Shown piece by piece: positions 58,879 to 64,000 of a stretch of DNA of 64,000 bases. This DNA comes from Vicugna vicugna (lineage: Eukaryota), in NCBI GenBank assembly GCA_013265495.1, contig MU058337.1, positions 3,068,686 through 3,132,685 on the forward strand, given 5' to 3'. The notes beneath the pieces were generated by a model. The model saw only the letters and a list, made by a program, of their open reading frames with translations, was not told where the DNA came from and ran no database searches. The position numbers and the translations under genes are program-made. How positions within the stretch are numbered: the stretch's first letter is position 1; the number at the start of each line of letters is the position of its first letter.

Positions 58879-61800
58879 TATTTATCTCACAAACTCACAA
58901 ATGTGAGTTGTATAGCTGCTTTTCCATAAGCTCTGAGGTTTGATGATAAATATATCTTAGTTGACACTCTTCCTTCTCAGGGACAGTTTGCAAATCAGAA
59001 ATTAAAAGAAAAGTGTCTGGACACTGTAGCTAAAAGTAAGGGCACTTTCTGACACTCCCTTCATCTGTATCTGTCCACGTGAATTAGATTCGAAATCCAA
59101 CTGTGATAATGTTGAATCATGTTTTTCCCTGTGTCAGAGGCTAACATGGATTCAAGAAAATTTCTTTCAAGGGTCTTATGCCCTTTGCTGTAGATAACTC
59201 TGTTTTGAATAAAAGAAAGGAGAAAAGCTTGACTGCTAAATTCTTCTTTTGACCAAGGCTCGTGAAATCCTAGAGCATCAGGGGAAACCATCCAGGCGCT
59301 GGTATGTCAGGTCCTGCGCCCACAGGCTTCGCTGTTCCTGCGAGTTTCCCCAGCCTCCTGGAAGCAGGCGGAGTGATGCCGCCAGGCAGAACGTATGAAT
59401 CTGTATCTGCACCACAACATTTTCATTCTCCCAACTGCTGAGCGCCTGTAAGTGTCCAATAATACTTTTAAAGGAATGAGAGAGTAAATTTTAAAGGGCT
59501 GACCGAAGATGCAATGTTGTATCATTAAGCAAAGTGTTTTCTCACGCTTTGACAAACTGGAGCAAAATAAAAGGAAATGTATTTGTTATCAAGTGGAAGA
59601 TCATCGTCACTCTTTGGAAGCTAAGAAGAGCAGGAAAAATGGGATCACAGGAAAAGAGTCAAAGACAGGCTTTAGATATTGGGGAAAGCATTATTTAGAA
59701 AGGACCATCTTCTAAAGGGACAAGTTCACCTTTTAAGACGAGAACTAACGGGTGGTATCCATAAACTTCTTCAGTCTAAGCCCCTGGCTACTTTGGTTAA
59801 TGCCCAGATGTTTGCTTTGAGGAAAAGTCCAGAGACGCTAATTCCTGGCCACCATGCCCACCCATTTATCCCAAATCATGGATGTGAAGTGTCGTCTAAT
59901 TAACTCTCTGCTCAGTTTCCAGAGGGACACTCTGGACACTGGCAGAAGGGCAGGGGAAGGTGGCTTACTGACTGTAATTGGTGGCAGAGACTCTGGGAAA
60001 CAGATCAGTTTTCAGTCTGGTTTGTAAACCTTTATTTTAAAGATTTATGTTTTTATTTTATTTTTATTTTACCATTAGAACCATCGTTCTAGGCAACTGC
60101 TATTGCATTATTGGACCAGGCATTAGGAAGTAAACCACTAGGGAAATGTCATATAAATTCAATAATTTACACTATAAAACTTGCCCTAAGTTAATTTAAT
60201 GGCTTTTTGATTTCCCTCTGAGACCGTGAGTCTGTGTTTGGAATCCAGTGCTAAATTCATTAGTGAGTGCTTTAATCTGTGCTCTATATTTAGCTTCCAA
60301 TCAACTTTCTTGTAAATAGAACCATTTTCTTCACTTCTGTTTTCTTTATTTAATTTAAAACTGATCAGTAAACGTCCTAATGAGCTTGGCTTTAATTTTG
60401 TAGTTGTCTTATTTTTGACGCTGCAGTTCAAGGTGAATGTGAGCCTTTAGTGGACGATTCCAACTTTGTAACAATAATGATTCGGATCTGTAGACTGTGA
60501 ACCATCAGATTTGAATTCTTTACGATTAGGAGATGATGGGCTTCATGCGGGGCATCTGCGATGGTCCAAAGATTCTGCAGCCACCACTTCGTGATTTTTA
60601 AATGAAATTCACTTTCAATCTGGGTACCTGGTGGCAATGAGAGTCTCACACAATGGCACTACTGAGGAAGAAAAAAGATGAAGACTTAAAAAATTACTAA
60701 ACAGAATTTTCTCTTGCTGAAAATGAACATAGTAATTAATATTTCAATGGAAGACAAAATTATTTCATATATATGTTTATAAATATAAATTCTTTATATT
60801 AATGGATGTTCATTCATTAAAATGTAGTAAATTGTCTTCATTATCAATTCTATACTGAGTTCATACAAGATAGATATAATGTCATCTGATCTGAGTCATG
60901 CAGAATAAAGATTAAAATTTCATTTTCACATTTACTAGTTCGCTTTGGAGCAAATAAAATGCCTTTCTACATGGTGTCGTTCCCTGAGTTTAGATTATTA
61001 CTAAAGGTCTTATATATTACCATTATTATCCAAGGTGGTGTTGAGTGTAGTTTAAGCTGAACCAGTTTTTCTTCTTTTATTTATTTGTTCTTTTCCCACA
61101 CTCACTTCCATCATTTAATTATTTGGGGTCTAAATTTAAAAGTCCATATTCTATTCGGTTTTTAAAATACCTTTAAGACACTTTGAGCTAATATTTAATC
61201 AATAAAATTCTCTCAGTTTGGTTTCCCTCTATAAAATGAATATAGTGATTTCCATTAAAATATTAGTAAGATTTAAATACAATAATAACATGTTTAAAAG
61301 TGAATATACATCACAAAGATGAAAATCACTGTTCTGCTTTGGAAATATCCTTCTGGTGCATGGATTATGGAATTACAGGGACAGCAATGCCTCAGTCTGT
61401 ATTCATAGGATTTCTGCTGCTGCAGATAATCACTATTAGAGCAGTGCTAATGTTCCTATTAATATCCCTCCACATCAGTGCTCTGTCTATGACAATTCAT
61501 CACTTTTCCGAAGCCAGAATTTTCCCTGAAGAACATCAAAGCCTTTGAATGAAATTGCTGGTAAAGTTGTTGCTCAAAATCACAAAATTGAATGTATCAT
61601 AAATTTTTGAAGATAGTAAATCAAGAGAAACTAACATTTTTTGGTGGGAAGCTGTAAAACTCTCTGTCCTTACACTTGTTAACTTCCCATAGATTCAGAG
61701 AATAGATCAGAGTAGTAACAGGAAAGAAAATACGTGAGATAACAGCTGAAGAGGTAAAATATACGCATTACGGTATACTGGCTTACCCGGCTAGGAAACA

Positions 61801-63099
61801 GCACCTGTCTGTCCATCTATCCATATTGAGAGATCCTGAAAGTTACAAAAGCAGAATCCGTTATTCAATTATTAAGTCATAAGCACTACTTATAATGACT
61901 TAAAATCCCACAATTTACAAACTTTTCTCTTGAGGTAAGTATAATAAATACCTGGCCAATCTTTAAGTTTTCTAGGAACAGTCCATAAAACTTTTAGCAG
62001 AAACCAAGAAATATAAATAACAATTATTTTCTCCTCGGGCACTATTGTAAAGATTTTCAGTTAGCCCTCCCAAGCTTAAAAAATAATTCTCATTATTCAG
62101 ATTTTGTAGACATAAAAAAGCTTCAATAAATTTCTTAAGGTCACAAAATTGTTGATTTATCACTTAATCCACAGGAAAAATTAGACTACTCAATCATCAT
62201 TAACTATTTCTAAATGATTTGAGTGTTCCTTAAGATTTTCTGTCATAGACTAGAGAGGTAACCAGTCCGTGCTGCTTTAACTTCATTTAGATTTCGTAAA
62301 ATAAAAGCCTGGGGGGAAAAAAGCTTCTATCAGATTGTAATGGCAGAGTTCTGTTAAAAAATATAACTTCTTAAGAGGAAGCAAGTGCTTGGGTGAAATG
62401 TATTTTCTATTTTCGCATGCCAAAGAAAAACTGTAGTTCTAAAACAGGAGATAAATTAGTTCATCATGTCCCTCCTCCTTCAGGAAAACTGATCAGTAGA
62501 TCTGAAGAGGGGAAATTCCCCAACAAGAAAATAATTATCCTCAGTAAGATTTCCTTTCAATTGCTGTATTTGACCTCTTTAGAGGATAACATTTACAATG
62601 AAGGAATTAGAGCATTATAAAACTTTTTGAGCAGATGATTTTTAACACCAAAAGATAACAAGAAAATTATTATAATTTGGATTGTCACCATTATTAAAAT
62701 CATCAGTGAAATAGTTCTAGGTAGTTTCAAAGAAAATGAAAAAGGATGATGATTGCCCTAAAGAAATTTGTGTATTAAACTTCAAATTCTCGTTGAATAC
62801 ACATATGATGGGATGTACAAAAGCCATCTCAGTGTTACCAAGCTAAAGCAGGTAGGTTACAGAATACCACCACAAGGTCTATGTAAATACACTGATACTG
62901 ATAAAAGTACATTTCCCATGGATGGTGAAAATGCCATCCATGCTCCTCAGAAGTCTACTGACAGAAACGCTTGGTTCTTTGGCTTTTACCTCAATGACAG
63001 CTATACATCACTTCCAAGTTTCCCTTTCCTGAGACGACACACATTACTTGTTTACTTTTCAGGCATTTTCTACATATTCACAAAGTTTCTCACAAACAG

Positions 63100-63785
63100 A
63101 ATCCCATACTACGTTTTTCCCCCCTACAGATATGTGAGGCTGTCATAAACTCTATTCTCCATCCTGCTTTTTTGCACTCCTATTATGTTATGGAGAACAT
63201 TATACATCAGTGCACGTAGAGAAGGCTCACTCTTTCTAAATGCTGCATATAGTTGCGTAGACAGAACACGATTTATACAGGTCTGAAATTGATAGCCGTT
63301 TTAGGTGCTTTCAATGTTCTACTATTTTATACTCTTGCCATGAATGACATTGTGCATAATTATTTACTTGTAGGACAAACATATGAACAGAAATAGAATT
63401 GCTGGATCAAAAATCATGTGCATTTTAAACAAATGCATGTAAAACATATAGGTGAAATATATATTCAATTATATATGTAAATTGTCTTCTGTAGATGTAC
63501 CATTTTCACAACCAGCAGGAATGTACAAAAATGCCTCACCAACACAGTGTGATTTTGTTCTCATTTCTGCCAATCTTTGCCAAATTTAATTTACTTTAAT
63601 TGTATTATGAGTGGTAGATAATTTTGCATATAAATAAAAGCATATTTGTTTATTTTCCAAAATTGTTTATTCATATCCTTTGTTAAGTTTTTATTTTGCA
63701 CTTCAATTTAATTCTAATGGACTTATAGAAGCTCCTTGTGTACAAGACAATGTCCCTTTTTATATAGTACACATCGCAAATATCA
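63100..63785 (-). mobile_element. old L1M fragment
   Basis: TCCTGCTTTTTTGCACTC...AGAAATAGAATTGCTGGATCAAA...CCTCACCAACAC...TTGTTTATTCATATCCTTTG...CATCGCAAATATC. Confidence 0.7.
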
Positions 63786-63791
63786 ACCTCA

Positions 63792-64000
63792 CTGTTAAAG
63801 GCTGAATTATCAGTCCCAACTTTTCACATCTCTTAGACAGAATTATATATGAAAAACCTGGTCCTTGCTGCATCATGAGACAATGCTCTTCCCTACCCCT
63901 GGGATTCGTCCTTGTCAATGTGACCTGTTTTGTCCAAAGATGAGTTCACAGATGTGACAGGAGTGGAGAATTTAAACTTGCTTACAAGCCTGGTCTTAAA
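63792..64000 (+). mobile_element. MLT1-family LTR 5' part, running off the window
   Basis: TGTTAAAGGCTGAATTATCAGTCCCAAC...ATGTGACCTGTTTTGTCCAAAGATGAG...CAGATGTGACA. Confidence 0.6.

Noticed and set aside
82..60900. Scattered AP-1 sites (TGASTCA)
   Set aside because: About ten isolated sites with no clustering, consistent with background frequency.
1..64000. The six-frame ORF track as genuine protein-coding genes
   Set aside because: All ORFs are 60-171 aa, many start at non-ATG codons, none resembles a protein I know, and many overlap repeats or low-complexity DNA.

Overview
This is AT-rich mammalian genomic DNA, most likely from a camelid (alpaca/llama/camel). The assignment rests on a young tRNA-derived SINE of the Vic-1 type with perfect target-site duplications and two young L1 3' ends of camelid type. 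I found no credible protein-coding gene: the listed ORFs are short, low-complexity or derived from repeats. The window looks like a gene desert or a very large intron. It holds many transposon fossils (L1, L2, MIR, MLT1, LTR16/33, ERV1-type LTRs, MER2, MER20) and one full-length retroposed U6 snRNA pseudogene with poly(A) and TSDs. It also has two probable very ancient repeats (a MER135-like TIR element and a MamSINE1-like SINE), several CpG-rich patches, and repeat-free homeobox/TALE-motif-rich segments that could be enhancers. I see no good evidence for a novel biological system. Repeat family names come from my recall of consensus sequences, not from a search, and boundaries of old repeats are approximate.
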